A stretch of DNA of 63,842 nt, filler included, from Octopus bimaculoides (GCF_001194135.2; 4 parts of 4 records of this genome joined end to end with filler, not necessarily neighbours in it), one strand, 5' to 3'; positions 11,419-24,554 are shown, counted from the whole stretch's first letter. Notes: a model not told the origin generated them from the sequence alone. Translations and numbers: made by a program.

Positions 11419-13634
11419 TTGGTAGGAAAAGCTCAGAAGGGGCAATAGAATTGCTTGGCTGATCTAGTTGTCGGTATGTATGGAAAGAGGTGCATGCGCG
11501 CGCGCGTCTATGTATGCGTGTGAGTGAGAAGCGGAGACGAATAAAAATGCAAAAGTGGGGCGAAGAAAGGGAGCATAGGCATATATGTGTGTACGTATGT
11601 GTGTGTGTGTTAGATAAATAATTGTTTTTTTTTTATACATGTTCATTTTTTGCTGTTTTTTCTGGTACCATAGGTTTCCTGCTGATTACGAAGCAGTATT
11701 TTTGCTATCAAAATTCAAAATAAAAACCATACTCCATCATTAAGTAACAGATACACACATGAATACACACACACACACACACACACACATACACACACAC
11801 ATGCAAACACGCACATATGCGCAAGCACGCACACATACATGCGCACACACTCACATGAACACACGAGCACAGAAACAGATACACATGTGTATGTATGTAT
11901 ATCTATCTATCTATCTGTCTATCTAACTATATATGTGTGTATATGTCTATCTATCTATCTATCTATAAATATATATATACACATGTGTGTGTGTGTGTGT
12001 GTGAAACTCAGTGACGCACGCACTCATACGCTCTTAACGCTCATCACACACAACAGGAGCGCCGCTACGCTATCATATACATATATATATAAAAGATCAT
12101 GGAAATTCTTCTTCCACACGTGACCATACAGAAAGAAAAAAACATGGGGTAAGGAGGAGCTTTGTCAGATCCCATAAGATTCCCTTCCTCAACTCTCTTA
12201 AGTCTCCTTCTTCAGTCCCTTACATCAGGAAGTAAAAAGGAAGAAGAAATAGGGAGTTGGTGATTGCAGGTGCGTGATGATGGTAGCGTAAACGGTGGCG
12301 ATTGTCGTTTTGTTTATCACCCATAATTGTGTCAGCTATGTAGGGGTCTCCAGTGTATCCCATTTTTCTCCCAATGTAACATAAAGTGACAATTTGGCAT
12401 TTTAAGGGCCACTAATTATACAACTGGCTCCCCAAATGTTTACAAAACCTAAAGCAAAGACTTCCGTTCTTTTCCTTTTCTTATCACTTTTAATGGAATC
12501 TGCTTTTACAAAATGACTCTGTGTGTGTGTGTGAATGGATGATACGATGCATGCGTGTGTTATTCTGTTTGTGTGTGTGTGCGTTTGTGTGTTTCTGTGT
12601 TTGTATACTTGTGTGCATGTGTGTCGTGTATGAGCGTGTGTGTACGTGGGTTGTGATATCGCAATACAAGGTGTTACATATAGAGAATATTGATCTAACG
12701 CCCGTATATAGCAATCGGTGCGTCGCATCATTTATCGACGGAACCCCTTGGCTGGTTGGGGAAGCTTTATTTCTACAGTACCATAAAAACGTAGGCAAAG
12801 TTTAGCTTAATCACATGGAGATTACACATGTCTGCAGAATACTGAAGCCGCGTATATGTTAATTCAGGAGCAGGTAACTCATTATATCGAACAACTGCAT
12901 CCTCATCGTCGAACCACGGAGATCCACCACCGACAACAACAGCCATACATTATTGAGACCTTCAGTCGTTTAAATCTAGTTCAGTACTTCAGCTATTTTA
13001 TCGACCCCAGAAGGATGGAAGGAAATGTTCACCTCGGTGAGATATGAACCCAGAGCATAAAGAACTGCAATAAATACCGCTAGGCATTCTGCCTGATGTT
13101 CTAAAGAAGCTGCTAATCCACTTCCCTTTACGCAAATTTTCTAATTTACCACGGGTGTTTAGTTCCTCAACAATTCCGCGTTAAATGATTCAGCGATAAA
13201 TGAATAACAGAACTATAGTAAATACATGTTTCGATCTGTGACTCAGAGTTGTACTGAGCATCATGAATAGCCGCTAGGGCGCGCTTTTTGTGGTCGAAGG
13301 AGAACCCTTGACTGATCTCATCGACGACCTGTGTTATTACAGATCAAATTCGTGATAAGCGTAACGTGGTTCCCAGTCATTGTACCGTGTTATTCAGTAT
13401 TAGTGATGAACCAATCAGCGATAAACAAGGTTAAGGGTATTCAAAAGCTCCCCTGCTTTGATACATTTCTTGGTAGCGCAAATGCAAATAGCTACAAACT
13501 GAGCAGAGGTTCTATCATTTAATTTGCTGATGTACGATGTAGATACAATAATGGACTAAATATACCGCGAGTTCAGAACCAGAAGTGACACGGATTTCTT
13601 TTTTTTTTTTTTTTGAGATGACCTAAATATATCC

Positions 13635-13921
13635 TTTTATTTGTTTCAGTCATTTGACTGNNNNNNNNNNNNNNNNNNNNNNNNNNNNNNNNNNNNNNNN
13701 NNNNNNNNNNNNNNNNNNNNNNNNNNNNNNNNNNNNNNNNNNNNNNNNNNNNNNNNNNNNNNNNNNNNNNNNNNNNNNNNNNNNNNNATCGATCACAAGA
13801 CTTGTTCTTTGCAAGCCTAGTACTTATACTATCGGACTCTTTTGCCGAACCGCTAAGTTACGGGGGCGTAGACACGCCACCATCGGTTGTCAAGCGATGG
13901 TGGGGAACAGACACAGGCACA

Positions 13922-13957
<36 letters not shown>

Positions 13958-14150
13958 TACATACGTACATACATACATATATACGACGGGCTTCTTTCAG
14001 TTTCCGTCTACCAAATCCACTCACAAGAGTTTGGTCGACCCGAGGTTATAGTAGACATCAGTTGCCCAAGGTGCCACGCAGTGAGACTGAACCCGAAACC
14101 ATGTGGCTGGTAAGCAAGCTACGTACTACACAGCTACTTCTGCACCTATA
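13635..14150 (-). mobile_element. SINE group C spanning a gap
   Basis: Same tail, internal (CA)n and head as 9512-9890. Confidence 0.9.
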
Positions 14151-14312
14151 CACTTAATATATAAAGCACTCTTCGAAAAGTAATGAACCAAAGCGTAAGT
14201 AGCAAATTCAAATTAATGCCCTTCTAAAGCCGGGTCTATGTGTTATCTATTAATCCAATCCACTTAAAATTCTTAAAATATATTACCCTCTACCATGTAA
14301 ACAGTATAATGT

Positions 14313-14696
14313 TTGTAGTAAAGATTATTTGCCAACATAACATGACATTCCGGATTAGGACGAATGTTGCTGTAATTTAGCCCCAGGAGACATTGTCTCC
14401 AGCTGGCTATATGACACGATATTTGTCCTTATATTTTCGAACAAGCGAATTTAGCACCCCACACTCAGCTCAAAAAATATCTGTGTATCGCGATTTTCGG
14501 GTTATTTCCCTTCATCGCGATACACAGATATTGTTTTGAGCTGAGTGGGGGTGCTAGAAGCCCTTGTTCGAAAATATAAGGACACAAATCGTGTCGTATA
14601 GCCAGCTGGAGACGATGCCTCCTGGGACTAAATTACAGTAACATTCGTCCTAAACCAGCACTGCCATGTTATGTTGGCAAACAATCTTTACTACAA
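14313..14696. mobile_element. 384-bp foldback/MITE-like palindrome with hammerhead-like centre
   Basis: Imperfect arms of about 180 bp (TTGTAGTAAAGATT... / ...AATCTTTACTACAA). The 19-nt spacer 14495-14513 reads GAAGGGAAATAACCCGAAA on the minus strand. Confidence 0.85.
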
Positions 14697-15465
14697 GGTA
14701 CTGCTTCTGAATATCTCACGTTGTAAGATTTAAAAATAGTAATTTTCTAGTATAATGTTTGTTGGATGAAAATTAAACGAAGAAAAGTGAAGAACCTGGT
14801 TTTAAAGAACAAGATTTTCAAACGGTCTGTTTGATATTTATTAATCTATTTAAAATTCTTAAAATATATCATATTGTACTATGTATACAGTATAATGTTT
14901 ATAAAATGAAAATTAAACAAAGAAAAGTGAAGAATGATTTTATTTGACAAATACAGGTACAACTTATACACTTCCAAAACAGGGTATGTTTAAATCGTTT
15001 CAATCTCCTTAAAAAAAAAAGCAAAATTGTTTCAATAGACTGTATGCAAATTAACCAACTTCAAAAATAGGGTCTGTTGAGCGAGAGTACGACGCTCCAT
15101 GGCGAGAATGGACTGGACCACTGCATATAAATAGTAGTGGTCTTAGTAACTTCCCAAAGGAACTCAGTGTAAAGGAGCATTTCAACACAGCGTTGGAACC
15201 TCGGTTGTGCGCAAAAACCGATACGGAAAGAAACAGAACTTTCATCCATGAAAACGACGGGAAAAGGAGGCTCTAGTTTGATCACAGCCGCCATCAGTAA
15301 AATAAAAAGAAAAAAAAAACGAATGTAAATATAAGGATAACTTGAAGAGCGTTAAAAGAGAGCAAAGCAGACGATAAGTGTCTGTTACCAAATGACAACA
15401 CAGATCCATAGGACAAAGAACTTATCTTCACTTTGGTAGTGTTTAGTGAAGTGGATGAGAGATAA

Positions 15466-15525
<60 letters not shown>
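15466..15525. repeat. (CTA)n microsatellite
   Basis: Read directly. Confidence 0.95.
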
Positions 15526-15526
<1 letters not shown>

Positions 15527-15698
15527 TTTGTCTCTCTCTCCCCTTGAATAGGAATTTCGTTTATCGCAGATATTGTTTCTCGCAGGAGGTAGAGAACGAG
15601 ACGAATGAACTGGTCTGTTGCTACTTAGAGCGGTGTGCTGATCCTTTCTTTCCTCCACCCATCCTCCGACCTAATCACCCATACATACAGAGACACCT

Positions 15699-15747
<49 letters not shown>

Positions 15748-15759
15748 TGCATATATATA

Positions 15760-15930
15760 CAGGAGTGTCTGTGCGGTAAGTAGCTTGCTTACCAGCCACA
15801 TGGTTCTGGGCTCAGTCCCATTGCGTGGCATCTTGGGCGAGTGTCTTCTATAGCTTCGGGCCGACCAAAGCCTTGTAAGTGGATTTGGTAGACGGAAACT
15901 GAAAGACTTCCATCGTGTAATATATATATA
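15760..15930 (+). mobile_element. SINE group C 5' half ending in (TA)n
   Basis: GTAAGTAGCTTGCTTACC...GGATTTGGTAGACGGAAACTGAAAG followed by a TA repeat. Confidence 0.9.
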
Positions 15931-16219
15931 TATATATATATAATACATTTCTAAATCTCTCAGAGAGACTTAACCGGTAGTGATGCGATAAAGTAGTTGT
16001 ATACTGTCAACTTAACGTGATAGTCCCAATAAGGGAATCATACAACTGCTATTTAGCCCTAGGAAGCTAGCCCGCTTCTTGTCAGCCTTGACACATTTCC
16101 TGTGTCTTTATGTTTACGAGGGGGAGACAGGCACCTCCACCCAGCCTAGCCTGCATTCAGGGACATGTTTCCGAAAAATTCAGGCCCGGTTCTTTACTAC
16201 CCCAAGAAATTTTGTCCTG

Positions 16220-16428
16220 TCATGATGCTGATGATGATGCTGCTTCTACTGCCGATGATGACGGTGATGAGAATGACATCGACGACGACGAGGTCGACGA
16301 TGAAGGTGATGATGACGATGAAGCTGGTGAGATGATGAGGATGGTGATGATGATGAAGATGATTACGTGGCGGCAAAACGACGGCGACGGATAGGCCGAC
16401 AACGACGGTGAAAAAAAACGACAACGAC

Positions 16429-16468
<40 letters not shown>

Positions 16469-16470
16469 TT
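16220..16470. repeat. (GAT)/(GAC) triplet low-complexity region
   Basis: Degenerate GATGAC/GATGAT runs. The poly-D/H/S ORFs here are artefacts of the repeat. Confidence 0.85.
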
Positions 16471-16720
16471 GCGAATGACAATGGTATAAATAATTAGAAT
16501 CTGTCACAGTGCCAACAACAAACCTCCTTCGTACACCTACCCTTCCCCCTTATCTCTCCCCTCCAAATACCATTTCTCAAAGAAATCTATTTTTATCCTG
16601 TTTTCCTCCATTGTCCAACATTTTATTTAGAAATTTCAACAAACGTTCTCTCGCCTTCAATTGCTTTTTTGTTAACCTTTTCCTCATCTTTTATTCTACC
16701 CCACTCTCTCACTCACTCTC

Positions 16721-16778
<58 letters not shown>

Positions 16779-17713
16779 AAACAAATACACACACACACAC
16801 TCTCTCTCTCTCTCGCTTTTTCTCTCTCTCTTACCACCTCATTCAATNNNNNNNNNNNNNNNNNNNNNNNNNNNNNNNNNNNNNNNNNNNNNNNNNNNNN
16901 NNNNNNNNNNNNNNNNNNNNNNNNNNNNNNNNNNNNNNNNNNNNNNNNNNNNNNNNNNNNNNNNNNNNNNNNNNNNNNNNNNNNNNNNNNNNNNNNNNNN
17001 NNNNNNNNNNNNNNNNNNNNNNNNNNNNNNNNNNNNNNNNNNNNNNNNNNNNNNNNNNNNNNNNNNNNNNNNNNNNNNNNNNNNNNNNNNNNNNNNNNNN
17101 NNNNNNNNNNNNNNNNNNNNNNNNNNNNNNNNNNNNNNNNNNNNNNNNNNNNNNNNNNNNNNNNNNNNNNNNNNNNNNNNNNNNNNNNNNNNNNNNNNNN
17201 NNNNNNNNNNNNNNNNNNNNNNNNNNNNNNNNNNNNNNNNNNNNNNNNNNNNNNNNNNNNNNNNNNNNNNNNNNNNNNNNNNNNNNNNNNNNNNNNNNNN
17301 NNNNNNNNNNNNNNNNNNNNNNNNNNNNNNNNNNNNNNNNNNNNNNNNNNNNNNNNNNNNNNNNNNNNNNNNNNNNNNNNNNNNNNNNNNNNNNNNNNNN
17401 NNNNNNNNNNNNNNNNNNNNNNNNNNNNNNNNNNNNNNNNNNNNNNNNNNNNNNNNNNNNNNNNNNNNNNNNNNNNNNNNNNNNNNNNNNNNNNNNNNNN
17501 NNNNNNNNNNNNNNNNNNNNNNNNNNNNNNNNNNNNNNNNNNNNNNNNNNNNNNNNNNNNNNNNNNNNNNNNNNNNNNNNNNNNNNNNNNNNNNNNNNNN
17601 NNNNNNNNNNNNNNNNNNNNNNNNNNNNNNNNNNNNNNNNNNNNNNNNNNNNNNNNNNNNNNNNNNNNNNNNNNNNNNNNNNNNNNNNNNNNNNNTGTAT
17701 ATATATATATATA

Positions 17714-17878
17714 CGACGGGCTTCTTTCAGTTTCCGTCTGCCAAATCCACTCACAAGGCTTTGGTTGGCCCGAGTATATAGTAGAAGACACTTGCCCAAG
17801 TTGCCACGCAGTGGGACTGAATTCGGAACCATGTGGCTGGTAGGCAAGCTACTTACCACACAGCCACTCCTACGCCTC
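17714..17878 (-). mobile_element. SINE group C 5' half
   Basis: High similarity to the other group C heads. Confidence 0.9.
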
Positions 17879-18161
17879 TTAATCTCTTTTCTACATTCCT
17901 TCTCCCCGTCTTTCTCCCTCTGTCCCTGTCCCGTTCATTATCCTCTGCCCTTCATCTCTCACCCACACACTTACACACCTTCTCTTAATCTCTTTTCTAC
18001 ATTCCTTCTCCCCGTCTCTTTCTCTCGTTCTCTTTCATAGATATCCTCCTCCGCTGTCTCTTCTCTCACTGTCTCAAATTAGTTTTTCTTTTCCTTAATT
18101 AAACTATCTATAGCCATTTAATCTAAATTTATTTCTGGCTACTCCCTCCCAGCTCTCTCTT

Positions 18162-18206
<45 letters not shown>

Positions 18207-18721
18207 NNNNNNNNNNNNNNNNNNNNNNNNNNNNNNNNNNNNNNNNNNNNNNNNNNNNNNNNNNNNNNNNNNNNNNNNNNNNNNNNNNNNNNNNNNNNNN
18301 NNNNNNNNNNNNNNNNNNNNNNNNNNNNNNNNNNNNNNNNNNNNNNNNNNNNNNNNNNNNNNNNNNNNNNNNNNNNNNNNNNNNNNNNNNNNNNNNNNNN
18401 NNNNNNNNNNNNNNNNNNNNNNNNNNNNNNNNNNNNNNNNNNNNNNNNNNNNNNNNNNNNNNNNNNNNNNNNNNNNNNNNNNNNNNNNNNNNNNNNNNNN
18501 NNNNNNNNNNNNNNNNNNNNNNNNNNNNNNNNNNNNNNNNNNNNNNNNNNNNNNNNNNNNNNNNNNNNNNNNNNNNNNNNNNNNNNNNNNNNNNNNNNNN
18601 NNNNNNNNNNNNNNNNNNNNNNNNNNNNNNNNNNNNNNNNNNNNNNNNNNNNNNNNNNNNNNNNNNNNNNNNNNNNNNNNNNNNNNNNNNNNNNNNNNNN
18701 NNNNNNNNNNNNNNNNNNNNN

Positions 18722-18920
18722 TGGTGGGGGGACAAACACAGACACACAAACACACATACAATATATATATACATATATACGACGGGCTTCTTTCAGTTTC
18801 CGTCTACCAAATCCACTCACAAGGCTTTGGTCGGCCCGAGGCTATAGTAGAAGACACTTGCCCAAAGTGCCACGCAGTGGGACTGAACCCGGAACCATGT
18901 GCTTGGTAAGCAAGCTACTA
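18722..18920 (-). mobile_element. SINE group C (partial)
   Basis: GGGGGACAAACACAGACAC...CGACGGGCTTCTTTCAGTTTCC...GGAACCATGTG. Confidence 0.9.
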
Positions 18921-18989
18921 TATATATATATATATACATACAAATATATGTGTGTGTGAGTGTGAGTGCCCCCGCGTGGGTGCGTGCCT

Positions 18990-19225
18990 TTCCGTCTGTG
19001 TTTGTTCCCTCATCACCACTTGACAACCGGTGCTCGTGTGTTTACGTTCTCAAAACTTAAAGGTTTGGCAAAAGAATAGGAAAAGTACCAGACTTTACCA
19101 AGAAATAAAGCAACAAAAAACAAAAACAGTACTGGTATCGATTCGTTCGATTAAAAACACCCTTCAAGGCGGTGCCACAGCATGGCCGTAGTCTAATGAC
19201 TAAGACAAGTAAAAGAAAAAAATAA
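18990..19225 (+). mobile_element. SINE group C 3' half
   Basis: CACTTGACAACCGGTGC-GTGTGTTTACG...AAGGCGGTGC...ATGACT-AGACAAGTAAAAG. Confidence 0.8.
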
Positions 19226-19229
19226 AGCT

Positions 19230-19806
19230 GTCTCTCTTTCTCTCGATTCCTCTTAATGTCTTTCTCCCGTTCTCTCTCTCTACCCTCTCTCTCTACCTTC
19301 CCTCTCTAGCTTTGTACTCTCTCTCTCTTTGTTCCCCTCTCTCTCTTTGTCCCCTCTCTCTCTATCTTTCTTTTTCTCTTTGTCTTTGTCTCTCCTCTCT
19401 CACTTTGTTCCCCTCTCTCTTTACCTTTCTCTTTCTCTCTGCCCCTTCTTCCCTCTCTCTACCTTTCTCTCTCTCACTCTGTCCCTCCCTCTCTCTCTAC
19501 CTTTCTCTCTCTCTCTACCTTTCTCTCTCTCTCTCTTTACCTCTCCATCTGTTCGTTCTTACAGAGATTCCTGCGTTAGACGAGAGCGAATACCTTTCCC
19601 AATCGTTTGGGGGAAATGGAACAAAAACACGCCAAAAAGCAAAACGGAGAAAGGAAACAAAAAATTCATTCAACAACAACAAAAAAAAAAGCAACAAGAA
19701 ACATATTTTTAAAAAAAGGGGATTAAAACAGAAACCCCGAAGAAGAAGAAGAAGAAGAAGAAGAAGAAGAAGAAGAAGAAGAAGAAGAAGAAGAAGAAGA
19801 AGAAGA
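19230..19806. repeat. CT-rich low-complexity tract followed by (GAA)n
   Basis: Read directly. Confidence 0.9.
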
Positions 19807-20039
19807 AGACATTAAAAAAATGTCAAGAATAATCTCTAAATACACTTAGAACTTAAAAAATAAGAACGCCATTAGATATCAGTTGACAGATGGTAACTTC
19901 GTTTCTTTAATAGGAAAGTCTGGTTTGGTTTTCGAGGTATTTAATTATTTTGCGTTCGTTATGTCATTCTTCTGCGAGATAATATCTTCTCCGAGATAAT
20001 ATTTGTCCTGAAAGAGAAATCCACTTTAAACTGAGCATA

Positions 20040-20099
<60 letters not shown>

Positions 20100-20177
20100 T
20101 GCATGCCGCTTTCTTCCTCTGTATGCATGTATATCTTTTGTTTGATTGAGTTTTTCGCCACGTTACATTCAAGGAAA

Positions 20178-20632
20178 TATTGGTTTCATATTCTGGTACA
20201 AAGCCAGGAACTTTGGGGGAGAGGCTAAGTCGATTACATCGACCCCCGATGATCAGCTGCTACTTCTTTTATCGACTCCGAAAGGATAAAAGGCAAAGTC
20301 GACCGTGGCGGAATTTGAACTCAGGATGTAAGGACCGGCGAAATGCCGCTAAGCATTTTGCCCGACGTGCTAACGATTCNNNNNNNNNNAAGAAAGAAAA
20401 GAAAGGAAAAAGCATATTCTTTTCTACTCTAAGTACAAAGCCCGAAATTTTGGGGGAGGGGGCCAGTCGATTAGATCGAACCTAGTACGCAACTGGTACT
20501 TATTTAATCGACCCCGAAAGGATGAAAGGCAAAGTCGACCTCGGCGGAATTTGAACTCAGAACGTAACGGCAGACGAAATATCGCTAAGCATTTCGCCCG
20601 GCGTGCTGACGATTCTTTCAGCTCGCCGACTT
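20178..20632 (-). mobile_element. Two SINE group B copies separated by a short gap
   Basis: Each has GGATRAAAGGCAAAGTCGACC...GGCGGAATTTGAACTCAG. The second ends with the head CAGCTCGCCG. Confidence 0.9.
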
Positions 20633-21943
20633 AAAGAAATATTGAGTTGGATTTGTTCGACGCACATGGTCGCAGTCCAATGGCTGGAGCAACTAAAAGA
20701 GTACCAGTTATCAGGTCGTGGAAGTTAGAATCGGTAAACTGATACACGTCTCCACTGTATGACCAATCGCAAATGTTTTTCTCCCGCAACAGAGCTCAGT
20801 AAAGATTGCAAAACAAGTGCAACTGAAGATATACGTATTTAGCAAGGCTCTAAAATAATTTCTGAGATATAACCCGTAGAGAGATCATGCGGTGTTATCA
20901 AACGAAAGTTGGGAATTCCGACCCTTACAATGTCTCATTCAGACTTAGTGCAATTAGTACTTCTTCGCTTCCACCACTCTGCTTGTTTATTTATCTGTAG
21001 AAAAAGGAAAATAATCACTCGATGATAGAGAGTTAGTAAGAATTAGAGGGTTGAATCAGACCAACTAGGACGCAATCACGATATTTTAGTTATTTGACCC
21101 TTATGCACACTCTAGGGGTTATAACACTCGAAATTATTTTAAAGGCAGGCCAAACAAATTATGTGATATAGAACACGTCTTCAAGCAAGTAAAATATCGA
21201 CGAAATATTAGAAAACCACCGGTTAAACTACCGAAACAACACATGGGTTACGTCTGTAGAACATGAAACACTGCTGTGAGGACAAAATTTTGAACGAATC
21301 ATTACTTAACATAATTAACATGCAGAGTCAGAACGTTAGCATATGTCGTTCCATGTAAAGACTGGGGTCTGTATAAATAACTGGTGTAATTCAGATAGAC
21401 AGAAGCCTTTATGTGATCCAACTATCGTCTAGAAATAGCAACAACATCTCTCCCAAGTCACACGCTGTATTGTTTTGGAAAACGAAGGAAATGATGGTCT
21501 TCGATGCAGTGTCTGAGTAAAAGATGGAATGGTTACTGCTGTAGAATGTTTGAACATAGGTCTGCTGGATTAGGGTTGATCTGACGCTGAAGTACAACAA
21601 CAACGCGTCAATGACGTCTTAAATATAAATGACCCACATATAGGTCCCAAGAGGTCGTCCGAAATCAGGAATCGATAAATGCATATCACTGATTCCCTTG
21701 TCTCTCTTTGGAATCGTTGATGTCTTATCAACTCACATCATGTAAATTTCTAAAATTATATGAAAAAGTATAATTGATGACAAAAATTTCTTGATTTCAA
21801 AGTAATAATTCCTTCGTTCTTTTGAGTCATTCCTGATTTTAATATTTAAAGAAATTTAATGAAAATACTTAATGAAATTGATAAAGGACAATAAAAAATC
21901 AGTCATGTTATATTGATACAGTCGGAATATTCAATGTAGAATA

Positions 21944-22095
21944 CATGCTTTTCTACTCTAAGCACAAGGCCCGAAATTTTTGGGGAGGGGACCAGTCGAT
22001 TAGATCGACCCCACCAGTACGCAACTGGTACTTAATTTATCGACCCCGAAAGGATGAAAGCAAAGTCGACCTCGGCGGAATTTGAACTCAGAGCA
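21944..22095 (-). mobile_element. 5'-truncated SINE group B with 13-bp TSD
   Basis: TCAATGTAGAATA at 21931-21943 and 22096-22108. The copy stops just past the B box. Confidence 0.9.
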
Positions 22096-22138
22096 TCAAT
22101 GTAGAATATTTGTTTGGTGAAAATAGTTATTGCGCCGA

Positions 22139-22500
22139 TATTTAACTGGAAAGTATTTCGCCTGTCGTTAAGTTCTGAGTTCAAATTCCGCCGAGGTCCA
22201 CTTTGCCTTTCATCCTTTCGCGGTCGATAAATTATGTACCAGTTGCGTACTGGGGTCGATCTAATCGACTGCTCCCTCTCCAAAAATTTCAGACCTTGTG
22301 TCAAGAATAGAAAAGGATATTTAGCAGGAAAGTATTTCTCCTGTCGCTAAGTTCTGCGTTCAAATTCCGCTGAGGTCGATTTTGCCTTTCATTCTTTCGG
22401 GGTCGATAAATTAAGTACCAGTGAAACACTGGGGTCGATTTACTCTCTTCCCACAAAATTTCAGGCCTTGTGCCTATAGTAGAAAGGATATTTAACTGGA
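22139..22500 (+). mobile_element. Tandem pair of truncated SINE group B units (about 177-bp period)
   Basis: ATATTTA[AG]C[TA]GGAAA recurs three times, separating two B-box/core/tail units. Confidence 0.85.
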
Positions 22501-22859
22501 AATTAGTGAGTTTTAACCTTAAATTACGCATGCTTCACCAGGTCCAGCTTGCCACAAATTCAGCAGCGTTCATGCTGCAGATCATGCCAAGTATTGATCC
22601 CTTGGAAAGGTAACATAAATCGCCAGGGTTCAGTATTGACCATTTTGATGAACCTTGCTCTAAATGTTAGGCTCCACAAAACTATGTTCCCCTCCTGATG
22701 TTCATGCATTCGCAACATTTCCAAAACTGCAACTCAAACACTACTCTGTCTACTTTTAGTCAGATTATACTTCTCCTCTCCCTCATCAAATACTGACCCT
22801 CTAGAAAATCTCAGCTGAGACCCACAACAGAGTACAACTATTATATCTGAGACAGTGCT

Positions 22860-23075
22860 TAGGTGGTGAGCTGGCAGAATCGTTCGCGCGACGGTAAACA
22901 TTTTTAGCAGCATTTCGTCCGTCTTTGCGTTCTGAGTTCAAATGCCACCGTGGTCGAATTTGCCTTTTATCCTTTAGGGGTCGATAAAATAAATACCGAT
23001 TGAGCACTGGGGTCGATGTAATCGAGTATGCTACATCCTCGCTAATTCAGGCCTTGCGACTATAGCAGGGAGGAT
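22860..23075 (+). mobile_element. SINE group B
   Basis: GGTGGTGAGCTGGCAGAATCGTT...GAGTTCAAATG...GGGGTCGAT. Confidence 0.85.
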
Positions 23076-23812
23076 ATTTGGGACGGAGATGCTGTTGCTG
23101 ATAAACACACAGACACCGTAGATCACAACCAAAGAATTTTCACTCAAATGAATGTCAAAAACTTGTTCAACAATTCAGTTACCTCCTTTTGTCTTTTTGT
23201 ACCGCGACTACTGTAAGTTCTTGTCCTTGGATCTAGATCGCCACGTGCCACTTCCTGTCTGGTACTTACGTCTCACTTGTCATCTTGTCGATTCTAGAGA
23301 ATCTCAGTTACCATTTCGCCCAGTTCTTCAAACGCAAAATGTCACTCACTGGAATCACCGCGTTGTAAATGCTTTTCTCTTGAAGTCGTCAATTTGTAAG
23401 CAGTTTCAATGGAATGCCAAGCACGTCGATCGATCCCATGGCCATGGGTAGGGAGAGTCTGAGATCGATCGACGTATTTGATGTGGATCATGAGTCATGG
23501 GAGGGGCTTGGGTTTATCGATCCCAACATTTCTTTCAGACAAACAAAGATATAAAAAAGGAAAAAGAGAAAAGAACCACCTAGGGGTCAACAACGGTGTT
23601 CAAGCGTAAAAATAATAGACCAATTTCCATCCAATAATAGTTTGTTGTCTTAAAAAGATCGATGTAGTCATAGATATGGCTTATTTGAAAAATATGCGAG
23701 ACGGTCATTGATAAAAAGCTTTGATCATATGACCAAGGGAGCACGTGCTATATAGGGCTAGCATCAACGACCATAACAACAACATATGTACTAATGTGCA
23801 TACGTTACGTTC

Positions 23813-23844
<32 letters not shown>

Positions 23845-23944
23845 NNNNNNNNNNNNNNNNNNNNNNNNNNNNNNNNNNNNNNNNNNNNTTAATTAATTAA
23901 NNNNNNNNNNNNNNNNNNNNNNNNNNNNNNNNNNNNNNNNNNNN
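23845..23944. other. Artificial scaffold linker N44-TTAATTAATTAA-N44
   Basis: Exactly 100 bp, and identical to 47644-47743 and 61941-62040. Confidence 0.95.
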
Positions 23945-24489
23945 AAACACGCACACATACACACGTACACATATATAAATATATATACACACACACGTAT
24001 GCATATATATATATATCACCTAAATCCTGTAGCGGCTATTAATCTACAGAACATGATATTCAATCGTGAAACAATAAGAATCTCACTGCAGCTAATGCAT
24101 TTCTACATTATTCAAACACATCCATATATATGTATGTAAATATATGTGCACACACACACATGTATGTACAGACATATACATATACACACATACATACACA
24201 CGCACAAACACACACACACAAGCACGCACACGCATATACATACACTCACGCACACAATAACGCACATACATTCGTGTATATGTAAATACATTCAGATCAA
24301 ATTCATGATTGCTCAAGAATTAGTTATTGTAATTCTGATTACAACAATAGCTAATGTGGTTGTTTTTATTTTTATATCTACTCACGGTTGTTTTGTCCGT
24401 TGGTAACACAGTCAACTAGAGTTCATCTCTGATTGAATAACAATGTGTATGTGTGTGCATATATATAAATATATATATATATATATATT

Positions 24490-24554
<65 letters not shown>

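Noticed and set aside
16110-16507. Acidic and poly-His/Ser ORFs
   Set aside because: Explained by the GAT/GAC triplet tract, which gives homopolymer peptides in every frame.
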